The notes under the pieces were generated by a model. The model was given only the letters and a program-made list of their open reading frames with translations, made no database searches and was not told the origin of the DNA. Source: Octopus sinensis (taxonomy: Eukaryota). Taken from it: a stretch of DNA of 64,000 nucleotides. Made by a program: the position numbers and the translations under genes. Location of the stretch: NCBI RefSeq assembly GCF_006345805.1, contig NC_042999.1:84878001-84942000 (forward strand), read 5' to 3'. Position 1 is the stretch's first letter. Each line of letters begins with the position of its first letter. This document shows positions 14,241-28,516 of this stretch, one piece after another.

Positions 14241-14767
14241 ATATATATATATATGTATGTATATACGTATTATATATATTATATATATATATATATATCA
14301 TATCATATCATATCATATTATATTATATCATATTATATTATATTATATTATATTATATAACATAAACGTACTGAAGTGGAAACGAATCAAAAGTACTAAA
14401 ATAAAATATATATTTCAAAAGTTGAAATTAATTATGCTTGCGTGTGATAAACGCATGTATTATAAAGCCAAGTGTATTTACGACATTACCAAAAGCACAA
14501 GGGAGATATTTGCCAGAAGCTGATTCGTTTATGCAATACTATTATGATAAAAAAATCTACGAAAATTACACAATAAACTTAAAGCAATGTTCGAACAATA
14601 ATATAGAATGTGATTCAGAAGTCCCATTAGCATTTGAATTATATATAATGTTCTGCTATATAATTTGTTATCATTTCTATTTTAAATATATATTTTATAT
14701 ACTGGCTTTGCTCTTTTGTTATGGATATCCCTTTTATATATGGTCTTTCGAAACTACATTCATCATA

Positions 14768-15003
14768 TAGGCGCAGGTGTGGCTGTGTAGTAAGAAGCTT
14801 GCTTCCCAACCACATATTTCTAGGTTCAGTCCTACTGCGTGGCACCTTGAGAGCTGTCTTTTACTAAAGCCTAAAGTGAGTGGATTTGATAGATGGAAAC
14901 TAGAAACCCGTCGTGAATATACATATATACATACATACAAGCATACATACATACATACATACATACATACATACATACATACATACATACATACATACAT
15001 ACA

Positions 15004-15039
<36 letters not shown>

Positions 15040-15262
15040 TAAATATGTTTGTGTGTGTGTGTGTTTGTTCCCCGCCACCGCTTGACAACCAATGTTGGTT
15101 TGTTTATGTCCCCGTAACTTAGCACTTCAGCAAAAGAGACCATGGGATAATTACTTTTCTTACAAAGAATAAATCGTAGGGTCGATTTCTTAGACTAACA
15201 CACTTTACGTTAGTGCTCCAGCATGGCTGCAGTCAAACGAATGAATCAAGTAAAAGAATAAA
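14768..15262 (+). mobile_element. SINE family A, near full length, with internal (TACA)n expansion
   Basis: Head AGGCGCAGGTGTGGCTGTGTAGTAAG..GGTTCAGTCC, CORE-like GGCACCTTG, tail (AAAAGAAT)n. Other copies at ~21078, 39091, 51957, 53636, 60636. Confidence 0.85.
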
Positions 15263-16486
15263 AGAATCAAAAGTTCAGAGCTTTTTATGTTACCATGAAA
15301 TAGCACAATGCAAGGTAATCCTGTTCAATTATCCAGCTAGTCCGGCTACCCGTGGATTGTGTAATATGAAAGTCATAGCAATAGAGCGAATAAACTGGGA
15401 TACCGCAACCGTAGTAATCAACGAGTGAAGTGGGAATCAGTACTAAAGCATACAAAGAAAGGGGTGAATGAAATCTATAGGGATGAGGTGCGATGCATGA
15501 ACTCAGGGCAGAGAAAGAAAGAGAGATGTACATTAAGGAACATCAGTGGCTTCGAACTACCAATTTGTAATCTTTCCATTCTATCAATGTACCATTGGAA
15601 CACCAACACAAGTTAGATTAAATAAGTAAACCTATTTCATTGAAAAATATAAGCCAAAACTTAACCATTTCTAACATTTTTAAATAAGGAAACTCACCTC
15701 ATTGAAAAAAACCAAACCACTTTTAACATTCTATTCCTTCTAAACCTAGTCGTTCGCGACATTTTTTATTATCGCCATTATACCGGAAAAAATCCCTGAT
15801 TACCTTCCACTGTCTGGAACTCCGTATTTCACAACATAGCGAAGACATGACACGATATAGGTAAAGAAATTTGAGAACTTTGAAAAGAAAATACGAAACT
15901 GTTACTATACGCAAACTTTTCCAACATTTTTCTAACATAACGATTTGAATATATTCTTTCACCATGTAACACAAGCCTTCTGTAGTTTTTTCACCCTATA
16001 TATATATATATATATATATATTGAACCAGAAACGACTTTCCTCTTACCTCCCGACTATAAGCCTATCCTTTTCTGTAAATATATACACGCATATATGTAT
16101 ATACAAATTATTTATGTATGAATATATGTATGTGTATGTATAATACATATATTATTTTTTAAATTCGATGTAATGTTGCATTTCTAAGAGAAATGTGCCT
16201 ATAAAAACAATTAAACATTAAATTTCGAGCAAAAATATCTGAACTGTAGACATGTTTATATGAGAACTGGTTTATATGAGTACCTGGGGATTTGCTTCCT
16301 ATCGACAACGAGTGTAGCCCTACGTATGAAGTTTGTTGAATTTGGGGAATTTTGTTGTTTTTTTTCCTTTTTTTGCTTTCAGTGTATTTATGTCACATAG
16401 GGAAAATTTATTAAGAACAAGAAATATGTGTAATATTTTCCTTTAATATTTATATCCTGATTATGTTCTACTTCGTTCATATCTGT

Positions 16487-16551
<65 letters not shown>

Positions 16552-16559
16552 GATATATA

Positions 16560-16593
<34 letters not shown>

Positions 16594-16705
16594 CATATAT
16601 ATATATATAAGGATAACATCGTTATTTAAAATACCGATCCTATCAAGTGGCCAGCATAGGAATAAAAGGCTGAAAAGGTAATAATTATTATTAAAATTAT
16701 AATTA

Positions 16706-16810
16706 AGGGTATCTAAGAGATACCACGATGCTTGAAACTGCAGTCAAAACTTGAAATAGAGTCAAGTTTTGACTGCTATTTCAAGCATGGTGGTATCTCT
16801 TAGATACCCT
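16706..16810. repeat. Fold-back palindrome, 49-bp arms (3 mismatches), 7-nt loop
   Basis: AGGGTATCTAAGAGATACCAC..AAAACTTGA / TCAAGTTTT..GTGGTATCTCTTAGATACCCT. Confidence 0.95.
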
Positions 16811-16813
16811 GAT

Positions 16814-16853
<40 letters not shown>

Positions 16854-17715
16854 GCTCATATTTACATATATCTGTATACATATTTCAATGTATATTGACC
16901 CATTTTAAAATCATTCGATATAATAAATGCAATCAGATACAATTATTCTGCGTTCATTGATGTGCGTTTATTATATTAAAACGTAATTACTGAGCCAATC
17001 AAATAGCTAATAATTTTTTGCACGATTAAACTACTAAAATACTTGATCAAGTAGATTAATGATTACAACTTCGATCTCAATATTTTTGTTATCGTTTATT
17101 TAGTTTTTTGCTAATTTCTTCGTTCGTTTCCGTTTTCTTTATATTTTCTAGTTTTTCACTCGAGGTGTTCTATACATTGAACTGCGAGATGTTAACGCTT
17201 CGACTTTAATTCATCAAACGCACACGTGTGGTTAACTGACTCGCGTAACACCTCTGAGGTTAAATACAAAGAAAAAACGCAAAACAGATACTATATCTGT
17301 TTTCAGTTTTTTTCGTATTGTTTCCCACATTCTATTCAAGGAAATATATCTGCTTTCACAAAAAAAGGCACTGTAGTGATATTTCTTTACCAATTATATA
17401 TCCATATATGTGATACACAATGAACGGCAGAAACATTCACCAGTAACGTACAAGAGACGCGCACATCCGCAGAGAAGTCCTCGAAGAAACATTTCCACTG
17501 ACATGCACAGTGAAGGATGTGCGCAAGTAAATATGATGGATAACGTGGAAATGTTCGTAAAGCTATGAGCATGCATCAGGCAGAAGTAAAATAAATATAC
17601 ACAACTGAATACATGCATTTACATAATAAAGGGTTAAATAATACCTTATTATGTCAATGCACAGACACTTTACACATGTACATATATATCATATATGTAA
17701 AGTACATACACACAT

Positions 17716-17753
<38 letters not shown>

Positions 17754-19439
17754 ACATATACACACACGCGAACATACACACACACACACATATATATATA
17801 TAGTATAAAACCAGAAAAATACAAATTTCACATATAGCTCATACTTTAATTGTGCTCAACAGTTGTTTCATTAAGATAAACATTATTGATGTATAACTAC
17901 ATAATCGTGGTACAAAGTTAATCATTTCGATTAAATCAAAAAGCTATGTTTAGCAAAGCCAACAGGAATATTTAATCTAAATATGTTGCTCTGAAATATT
18001 ATTTTAGACAATTTCTACAGAATCGCTTCTCTTGGAATCTGATTAGACAGCTAACAAGTTAGAAATGCACCTACCAGGCTACAGCAAGCAAAGACGTTCT
18101 AAGCTAACAATGCTGTGCTTATAGCTTTGGTTTACCTGAAGGGAAAATTTCTTGTCCACTTTAAACTGCCATGAAAAAGCCTTTACAAGTTGAAATATGT
18201 GTATATTTATTCATATCCAAACCTTGGAATAAAACATGTGCAATTGCTTATATACATAAATTTAGAATGCTTAACTGGATTTGAAATTTCACTCTATACT
18301 TTATATTGTACACTAGTTATGCATCTTCAATTCCCGAAGAAAAAGTAAACAATTATACTGCCCAGCTACTGAGTGAACGACGAAACAATAAATAATTAGA
18401 AAAAATCTGAATTAGGGATTAAACTTATAGAAGTTGATCCTTACTATTACTAGTATTCAAACAAACGTCACACTCACATGTGTGTGTATGTGTACGCCTG
18501 TGTACGTGTATGTGTGTATGTGTGTGTGCGCGCATGTGTGTGTGCGCGCATGTGTGTGTGTGTGTGTACAGACCTTGAAATTACTTCCATGCATATGTAT
18601 ATACATACATTTGTGTGTATGTGTACATTTATCTTAACCGAAGGATTACTAAGACAAGTTTTCGATCAAGTACTCAACACCATTCTTAATAGTTTTACGA
18701 AAACACATTTATAAGTGTTCTGTGAGATTCTGTGATCTATATGTCTTTCTCAGAAATATTAGCTTTGTATTAAATGAAATGTTTGTGATCGATAGCCGAC
18801 TCTCGATCGATGTCTAGTTTAGCCAAGAGCTGACCTCTCGCTTTGTAGCACGCGTTCTAGTATAAACAAATATTAATGTATTTTGATTTGATATTAAATG
18901 GTGTTATCTTAAAGGAGATGTAACTGTGAGTTCGTGATGTACATGCTTGTCTAAAAAATATGGACTGCTAAAAAGCAATGAAACGGTCTTAATCGGGGAT
19001 TGAATTCAGCCAGTTGACTTCGTGAGCTGCATGCATATTGCTTGTTCCATAGCTCATATACTATAATTCATTGCAAGAAAACAGAATAAAATATCGAAAG
19101 AAATAAAATAATATATCAAATATAATTTGACCAGAAGCTAAGTAAATAAGAGAAAGTTGTTACAGGAGACTAATGATAATGGTATTTTTTTAAAACTAGA
19201 AACAACACAAAAATGTGAAACAAAACAAAGCCTCAACGAACTGCTTTAAATTAGACGTTTATTGATCTTACTTACAGTAATAAGGAAGCCAAAGATATTC
19301 TATCTTGGCATCAATAACACATACGGTAACAGTGCTCCAAAAATGGAGAGAAGAAAACCAAATAGATATCCTTTTTATACAAATTTGCTAAATTAATACA
19401 AATGGCTTACAAAGTAGACACGAATATATATATATATAT

Positions 19440-19509
<70 letters not shown>

Positions 19510-19981
19510 ACATATACAAGCTATAAAAAGAGGGCAAATTTGTTGTTAATGTTTTTGCTCGGTGTTCTTGTTATTAATTTTAGCTTTCTTGTCCATTTGG
19601 TTTTGATTATTTGTGTGTTTGGTTCTTCTTTTTTGTTATTGTTGTTCGTGGTGTTCGTAATTTTTTGGGTATTTTTTCCTTCTTTGGTATTGCTTTATTT
19701 TGGTTGGAGATGTTTTTTTTCTCGTCCATGATTTCAGTAAATTACTAACTAAATTGTTTGATTAGTTGACGAAGATCGTTTCTCTTCTGTACTTTTTGTT
19801 TTGCTTCTTTCTCTCTCTTCTGCCCCCCACACGCACACACACTTGTACACATGCACATACTCTAATGTAGACACACTGTCTCCTGTCTCTCTCTCTCTCT
19901 CTCTCCATTATATATAAGTGTGTGTGTACGTTGGTTTATATATGTATGCATGAATACATATATCCATCTATATCTATAACA

Positions 19982-20036
<55 letters not shown>

Positions 20037-20061
20037 TATATTATACATACATATATCTTAC

Positions 20062-20092
<31 letters not shown>

Positions 20093-21077
20093 CAAACATA
20101 TATTACACATATACACTGTATATCTATTGTATATGTAGATGCACTCACACACACACAGATACGCAAACACACACAAACATATATATGTGCACAATTGAAT
20201 ACATCACCGAAGATATAAATAGTTGATTATTAAAATAGATAAATATATAGGTGGATAAAATGTGAGACGGTGGCAGAAGGAGACCGACAGATAGACAAAC
20301 TGACGGACAGACAATCAGACAGCTAAACAGAGACTGTAGACATAAATAAACAAATAGGGCTCTATTCAGCTCTGACACTGCTTACAGCTGTCAGTTGTAT
20401 CTGCCAACGTCACGTATTTGCAACTTATAGGTTGAACCAATGAGATTCACCTGTCTTGTAACGATGACACTGATAAGGTACAAACTTTATCACTTCGACA
20501 ACAGACCGAAATATTGATTCCTAGAATAGGCATAATGCCACAATTCATGGTTACTTAATTTTACAACGTAGGAATACTACAGTCATCCCCGATGGGATTT
20601 GAAATCAGAACTCAAAGGGAAAGGGAATCACTGAGATGGGATTCTACTTTTTGCTAAGATCAGTGTTCTAGTGCGAATAGAGACGTAATCCCAAAATTGT
20701 GTCAAAAGACAGTGATATTTTTCCTGTCTCCTTTTGTTCTTATTAGCATATCTCGAGATTAGTCCACGTTACGTTTACTCGACCAAAGAGATTATATGAT
20801 ATTCAAGTTTTTAGAAAGGCGAAAATATTTTGTGACCCAATTTCCACTATTCTGTTACAAGTGTCTTGTGGATACAATTATATATCGGGAAGAACTTTCT
20901 GTGATGTTTGCTTAGATTTTTCTGAAACACTATAATTGTTTGTAGATAGAACCTAGCTCCATAGAAGCTGCATGTCGAATAGATGGGACACGGCCAAAGT
21001 TTCTAAATACTAAGGGATTTATTTGTTATTGTATTTTGTATAAAGTTGGCAGTTCATTAATAGCTATGCAGCCAAAA

Positions 21078-21440
21078 GTAGGCGGAGCCAGGCTGAATGT
21101 TTTAAAAAAGTTTGTTTTGCAATCACAAGGTCTCAAGTTCGGTCGCTCTGTGTGGCACACTGGTCAAGTGTCTGTGGCTATTATATCGGTCCAACTTAAG
21201 CAGTGTCGGTGACATTGGATTGGCGGAAAATATGCAGTGTCATATCTGATAGACTGTACGTGTCCTTCAAAGTGACAACCTTGTATATACACTGTGGCGA
21301 GCTGATTCTCCTCTGAGTATTACATTAACGGTACGGTTGTCTGTGAGATGCTCAGCTACTTTAGCACCAATTCAATGAGTAAGTAGGTAATTCAGTTGCG
21401 CGAAAAACTAGATTTTCGTCGTCGAAATCTACGGAGAACC
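21078..21440 (+). mobile_element. Degenerate SINE (family A-like head plus different body)
   Basis: Head/CORE-like segment GTGTGGCACACTGGTCAAGTGTCT matches other family A copies. Confidence 0.45.
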
Positions 21441-22289
21441 ATTTACTTCAACTACATTGCTTTACTAAATTAGTGCCTCACTTTCATCTCATTAATCTTT
21501 ATATGTAGCAAATAGAGAAGCAAAGTATAAATATCAGTCTATAATCAAAGAAATGTAAATAATTCAAAAATTCCCAGTGAGTTTCATTATTCCATCTTGT
21601 GCTTAAATTGATTTTGAAACCCTAATCCGTTCTGTCTTCCTTCTGATTTCACTTTCAAGTTGGGTATGCAGAAAAACATCCAGTTGTTAAATGGTACGAC
21701 TTCAATAAAAAAGACAAACCTTTTAGTTGAAACACAGTGATAAGAGAAATATTACGTTTATAAAAATCTTGGTGAGGGTGGCAGCAAAATCAGTGCACTT
21801 TGTCTTACTGTTAATAGGTGATAAGGAGAGGAGGCTCAGACAGAGAAATAAAACAACTTCTGCACCATATTAATAGCATCTTGGCTTTCTGCTCTCAACC
21901 GCAACTGGCAGCTTCTTTCCGTTGAACAGCTGGTTTAGGTCTGGGATCCTTTCCACCTCATTGTCTACAATTCAATGCCGTTGGCTATACAGACCACAAA
22001 TTTATGGTCTTTACGCTCGACTTAGACAGGCTGCAGTGACAGGTATTCGGTTACTGACAACTGAGCGCGTTTTCCCCAGCGTGCCAAGTTTACAGAGACA
22101 GGATTAGAAAAACTAGTTAAGAAGTACTTGACGAGGCAATCAGCAATAACCTATGGTGGTTAACCTTGAAAAGGGCTCTTAGATTAGAATCGTTAAAATT
22201 CAGTAAGGAATAGTAACACTTAATTAGAGAGTAGAGGGTAAGTTAGTTTGTAACCTAGAATGTACACTTAGGAAAAGCGTTGCAACTGA

Positions 22290-23632
22290 CGTCCTGGTGG
22301 TGAGATTGACCCTTGACCGATCCTTCAACGATAAGCACGAAGACTGCATTGTCAGAGATATGAGACATGCTTTAATGCATGAGAGAGTGAAAACTATTCG
22401 ATTGCCCATTACTCTAATAAATGCAGAGTTGAAAATTTTGGCCAAGGTGTTACCTAAGCGGGTGGTGTTTGTTGTCGATATCCTGGTGGGTGAGACACAG
22501 GCATATTCCGTACCAGGTGGATATGCCTGCAACAAACTCCACTTCAAGTGATACATCATAGAAAAGGTGGTTAAAGAACCTGGTATGAGTGGGGCTTTGA
22601 TCAATTTAAATCAGTCAAAAGCGTTTGATAGGATCGGCAATCAGTACTTGGCGGCTCACCTCAAGACAGCTGGTTTAATGTTTGATTTTGATCAAAGTAA
22701 TTAGCAACGTTGGCATCTCTCATCGATAGTCTGATGATTCATAAACATTCACCATCGCGAACAGATATCTACACGACCAACTCGTATAATACATCATAGA
22801 ACTCGTATAATACATCTATAATCATAGAACTCGTATAATACATCTCCAACTCGTATAATACATCATAGAAAAAGTGGGCAAGAAGCTTAGAACAATTGAG
22901 GCACTGAACAACTTAAGTCAGTCAAGAGCATTCGATAGGGTCAGTCACTAATACTTGAGGGTTGTCTTCACTGCATGAGGTTTCGGTTCCATCAGAGGCT
23001 GGATTACTGCAAAGTACAGAATTGCGTACTATAGGAACCATTTAGTTTCTGCGTTCTGGCCATGAAGGTTGTCCGCTCTTATCTCTTCTTTACGTACTGA
23101 CACTTCAGCTGTTACTACAGAAAGTAGAGACATAATTGGTTATCCCGCGCAAACTAGGATGCGGAAGATATGTGTTGACGTACTCAGACGGTGACACATA
23201 ATAGTGTTGTCGAAGAGCAGATACAACGAGATGTTCGGCACTGCTCTAAATGTGTAACAGCAGTGAAATTGAACCTGGCAAAATTGGTGTGCCTGCAACT
23301 CCACATCTGGAGAGACAGGTAAATGCCGTTTAACAGCATTATGAGATGTTGGACGGACGGACGGACCGTTTAAATTCTTTATGGTCTGGTTTGATTCAGA
23401 TCAATAAGTTAGGAGTAAGTAACAAACAGGACGGCCAGTGTTATCCAAATATTGGCAGAAAAGAAATTATTTCGCAAAAGCCGGGCAGATGAGGCAAATG
23501 CTTTCATCGCCTTCGTCATCAATTACTGTCTGATCATTGCGATCGTTCAAGTTCCTCATTGACCGAACTGAAGCGTCTCTCCTTCAGTGTTTGTGTATGT
23601 TTGTTCATGCGTGCGCGTATGCGTGTGTGTGT

Positions 23633-23667
<35 letters not shown>

Positions 23668-24200
23668 AAACGACTCGTTCCAATGGTCGGTTGCTTCATT
23701 TGTTGTACAGCATCTACTGCAGAGAAAACTGGCCTTGCAGGGTTGCGCTCATGGAATGCGACATACCAGATATTCGTTGACAGAGTCAGGTGTGATCACC
23801 ATTAGTAAGACTCTTTTTTCACAACTCGTCTGTCTCACAAAAGAGCAGCCCTTGGTTTTAAACAGAAAAGAGACATACCGCTTGACACCTGAATGCCATT
23901 AATTGCACACGGCCCATTAATAGTCCACATTGATATTCTGTAGAAGATTGATGGTGGGGAAACGCAATGATTTTCTCGGAGAATCTCTAGATGCCGATGG
24001 AAATCGAGTGGCTTGTTTAGAACTGGATGATTCCTAGAAATTCCTAGCCTGTCAGTGCTACCGGCGGTCGGGGTGCACTGTCGGTTCGAAATAAACTCAA
24101 AAGTTATGGTGGGGTGGTAACCAAGCCTATTCTAAATGCGCGCAAAGTAACGTTACTATTATGCAAGTGCTCACCTCGTGCCCGAGCATTAGAGACTAGT
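22290..24200 (+). mobile_element. Degenerate L1/Tx1-clade non-LTR retrotransposon RT fragments (two overlapping pieces)
   Basis: PITLINAELKILAKVL..Q..VPG, GALINLNQSKAFDRI..YL, a second SRAFDRV, GCPL..LLYVL, YSDG (YADD remnant). The 3' boundary is approximate. Confidence 0.8.
22779..22864 (+). repeat. Four copies of AACTCGTATAATACATC
   Basis: Copies start at 22779, 22800, 22828, 22848. Confidence 0.9.
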
Positions 24201-24234
24201 GAAGTTATATCGAGCACTTGCTATGAAATGTTAG

Positions 24235-24460
24235 ACAGATCCTGCTATCAGCTGTGTAGAGAACGAAGACTCAGTAGAGAGTATCCTGTGGTATTCGGTT
24301 TCGTTCCTTTACATTTAGAATTCAAGTCCCGTTGGGTCCGACTTTGCCTTCATCGTATCGAGTTTTAATGAAATAAGTATCAGTGGGGAATTAGGACTGG
24401 CTTTAACGGTGGATATATGTCACACCTTAAATGTGTAGTTTTGCGTATGTTAGAAATCAT
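24235..24460 (+). mobile_element. Degenerate SINE family C copy
   Basis: GAATTCAAGTCCC..CGACTTTGCCTTCATC..ATAAGTATCAG matches family C. Another remnant at ~24770-24925. Confidence 0.55.
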
Positions 24461-27155
24461 TACATTTACGAAGGTAGTGAGCGAAAGGATTCATGGAATT
24501 TTAAACCAAAGGCATCACCGCATTTACTTACATCCATTTTCCGTCTTAATTCAAGCTGTCTTTGTTTTTTTTGGTTTTTTTTGGGGGGGGGAGTCATATT
24601 TTAGGTTCGATAATATAAGTTTTAGTTTAGTACCACTGTAGATATAAAGGTCAAGTTCATGAGCCATAATGCACGACCTTGTATCTATGGTAAAAATTAT
24701 TATTATGGTACCAGAATTTGGTGTGTTGTATAAACAGCAGGGTGCCGGTCTTAATAATGCATTTTTCAGTCTTGTTTCTTAGCCTTCCTTTCAAATTCAC
24801 ATAACGATGAGATAAACTTTACCTTCTATTTATCCATGACTGCTAAAATATATACCAGTCAAGTACTGAGTCAATGATAGCTTTAAACATCCTGTCCGTA
24901 AATATTTGTGGCCACGTGCCAAAGCTAGAAATCTTTATCGTTAATACAGGTTGGCTGAGAGATGTATATCTTCGTCATTGTTATTATAACCTGTCGAAAC
25001 TTGAAAAATCTAACGATAAAGAAATGGCTTGGCGTCTAGCCATTTACGCCGAATATACTTCGCAGCTCACTTCAGTGATTAATATATACCTATCATAAAG
25101 CCTTGGAATATTTCCACCCTGATTTTAGTAGTACACATATTTTATTCTTCATATGTTCGATTTTTTTTTTACGTAAAGGTTACCTGCATGTGGCAGACCT
25201 GTTTAACTGCTTATTTTTTTCATTCTTCTCAGTTAGAATAATCGTTGGAGATGGCCAAGACAGTAAAATAACAATGTATATCCTTTAAACATAAACAGAA
25301 GGTACTTTAAATATGTTAAATTCAAAATACAATCGTGATTGTTAGATTATCTAACTTTCTTTTTACTTCTTGCTTTGGTTTTCTTATAAATTTAGTAACA
25401 TTAAACTACTGAAATTAGTTTGTTCGATTAGATAGATATTCCTTACAATAGAATAAAGAAGAATATCTCAAAAGTAAGCTAAAAGTTTTCATTTGATGCA
25501 GATGTCACAGAGAGTGTAGAAAGTAGATATTTCACTTACTTCACACTTCTTTTGTCTCTGGCCATATTCATATAACTCGCGAGAAATAGCAGCCTGATCA
25601 TTCTCAAATCATAGTCTACAACAATTTCAAAACGAGAACAAAGGATATGTTAAAAAAAAGCAAAATATGTGACGGTAACTGTATAAATGTCGTCTGTTCG
25701 TTTTCATTCTAAGGCTCGAATTTGATCCTCAGTTGAATTATTAGAATTCATTTTGTGAAATACAAAGTGATTAATTGCTGAGTTAAAATCAAAATCCATA
25801 TACAAGGAAAATAAGACACCATGAATAATCTAGCCCTCAGAGACAGAATCTCAGTTGCAATGGAAAGACGATTCGATATGCATGTATAAGCCTGCTCCGA
25901 TTCATATAGTTATAGAGGTTCCGAGTTTAGAACTAAGCTGATGATTTTAGATAAATCTTCCTCTAGATAAAAGCTGATAACTTCTGATACCGAAGAAATT
26001 GTACTCATTACTACATGCCAATGAATTATCTGGCAACTCTGAAATGCTTATTGCTGCTTTCAGGACTAATTAGTGCCAAGTTAGAGCTACTTGTCATGGC
26101 CAGAACAATACGAGTTGATGGCAGTGTTCTCTAGAAGGCTAGAATTAATATCCACATTAATATTATGGTTAGTCATTTAAGTTTTTTGAAGAATGATGAA
26201 AGTAATAATTTACTATTCCACATCGCTTATAATTTAACATCAATAATGTCAGAATTAGAGAAGGAATTGTTACTTTTCTAAAACCATATACTACTTACCT
26301 GATATGTCGCTTAAAACTTGCTCCAGGTAACAATTTTTATGAGAGAGGAATGAGATTCTATGATATCCGTGCTGTTACCAGAAGCATTAGCAAAATAAAT
26401 GAAGGGAAATTGCTTCAAAGAGAAATCAAAGCTAAACCGATAAACCGATTCGTAATGATCTTTTCTTTAATCTCCGGTAAACAATTTTAAATGTCTGAAT
26501 TAGTTAATGTCTTTCTTAGAATTCTATATTCTGTTCGTTCCTCTGGAAAAGAAACTCGTATAAATTTTACATTAACCATGTTACTTTGATTTTATTGTTA
26601 ACTACAGTAACTCATCACGAATTCTTAGATGTTCATTTAGAGTAAACCTTATTAAACTCTGTTTCGTGTCTATATAAACAACAACAATAAAAAAAATATA
26701 TGACTTTATTGTCACTACTTTAACAAAAGCAACGTCATGTCTAGATGTTTTCGCTGGCTCGTTTCTTAGCACCATGTACTCCTCAACTAGCCTTGTTGTA
26801 GTACAACCAAAACACTTACTTACTATATATTAACTTTGATATTGATTACATACTACCCAACGACTTGTTGACGTTGATAATGTAGCAATAAGACAATATA
26901 TATATACAGTTGATGTGTTAGCAACATGTACTGATTGTTGAATTTTATATAATCCAAGCAAGGCGCACATTTCGACACATGTTCTTGTATAATGATGTCG
27001 AGGTCTCAGTTCCATATCGGATTATGCCATTAATACTTGTACGAACAAAAAAGAATCTATATTTTATATCTATGTATGTGAGTAACCAAACATGAAAGGT
27101 GCATATATTAGCACTAGCAAAGTTCTCATTATATTGACAAACATGCATTTGTATG

Positions 27156-27229
<74 letters not shown>

Positions 27230-27375
27230 CACTGTAATATTAGCAGCAAGTCAAAATTTCTTCGTCAAATTCTATAATTTAGCAGTAAACACCAATCTAT
27301 CTATATTTTAGCAAATGTCAACCCCAGTATTTGTTCACAAAGTTATATTTTTGTGTCTATGATTTCAACATTAAG

Positions 27376-27500
27376 ACGACGTGAGTGACGTGCACATTGG
27401 CTAAAAAATAAACCTTCATCAATATTTACGTTAGTAATAATTTCCTATCAATTGGTTACGTTAGTAACAACAAATAGCTGACGTAAACTTTATTGGCTTA
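27376..27500. promoter_or_regulatory. Cluster of bZIP (CRE/ATF-like) and CCAAT motifs
   Basis: TGACGT at 27386, TTACGTTAGTAA x2 at 27426 and 27456, TGACGTAA at 27479, ATTGG x3 at 27396, 27451, 27492, in unique sequence. Confidence 0.4.
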
Positions 27501-28516
27501 AAGAAAACTAAGTTGCAAACACATCGGGTTTTATGCAAGCAGCAAAATTCCAGCAAACATAGATAAGCTCCCATTTAGAAGTTAATACTGTAGCAATAAT
27601 GGCTCGTCTTGATTTATTTATTTACTTATACTGTTAGCAACAAGGCGCCAGTAGGCGTCTGCTAACCGTATCCAAGTAACTAAGCCAAGTTGCGAACTAC
27701 GTTTTTTTTTTTTTTAAATTACTCGTCAGTGAATAAAATATATTAAATAATGGATTTTAATGTAATTTGCAGTACATACTTAAAAGTTTTGCTAGAAATT
27801 ACCAGCCATCATTGTTGTTCTCTTCATTATGGACAGCATCGCCCGCCTGCAAAGATTTCCATTAATGTGTTTTTCAGCAAGTGTTAGTATACTCGTGTTT
27901 ATTTTCATTCTTTTAATTCTACATAAGTTTTGTCTTAGTTTATATTTCGTTTGTTTTTGTTTTTTGTTTCGGTTCTTAGTTGGCTACTTTGTTTTCTTTT
28001 CTTTCTAATTGCCAACATAAAGAAAAAAAAAGGAAGAAAGAAAGCTGGCCAACAGATTATGTCTACTTACTCATTTCTTATGGGGATTTTTTTTGTTTTT
28101 GTTTTTTTGTTTTGTTTTTTTCATTATTTCATTTTGTTTTGCTTTCTACCTATCTTCTAACTGCTGCTGTATCTTTTTACCTGTCTATATCTATCCCTGT
28201 TAGATTTCCACTTAGTCTTACTTAAGTGCTAGACAATCTCGCAAATAAGAAACGAATTATGAAGATTCAAGCCATTACATGTTTATTCACCGAAAATTGG
28301 CCGTTTCGTCGTTGGAATCACTTTGAATCAGCTTTAAGTGGTAGCGGCTACGTTTTTCACATCTTTATCATCATCGTCATCGTCATCATCCTCATCGTCG
28401 TCATCATCATCATCATCATCATCATCATCGTCATCGTCATCGACATCGTTGTTGTTGCTGTTGTTGTTGTTGTCGTAGTTGTAGTTGTGATTGCTGTTGC
28501 TAGTGTTATAATATTT

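Noticed and set aside
20641-20675. Resemblance to the U2 snRNA 5' end (TTTTGCTAAGATCAGTGT)
   Set aside because: Short gapped match with no downstream U2 sequence or Sm site, so probably chance
21315-21337. miR-12-like TGAGTATTACAT
   Set aside because: Only 12 nt match, no precursor hairpin, and it lies in a decayed repeat
25900-26600. Possible piggyBac remnants (also ~51000-51800)
   Set aside because: Only vague motif resemblance, with no catalytic motif or TTAA-TIR confirmed
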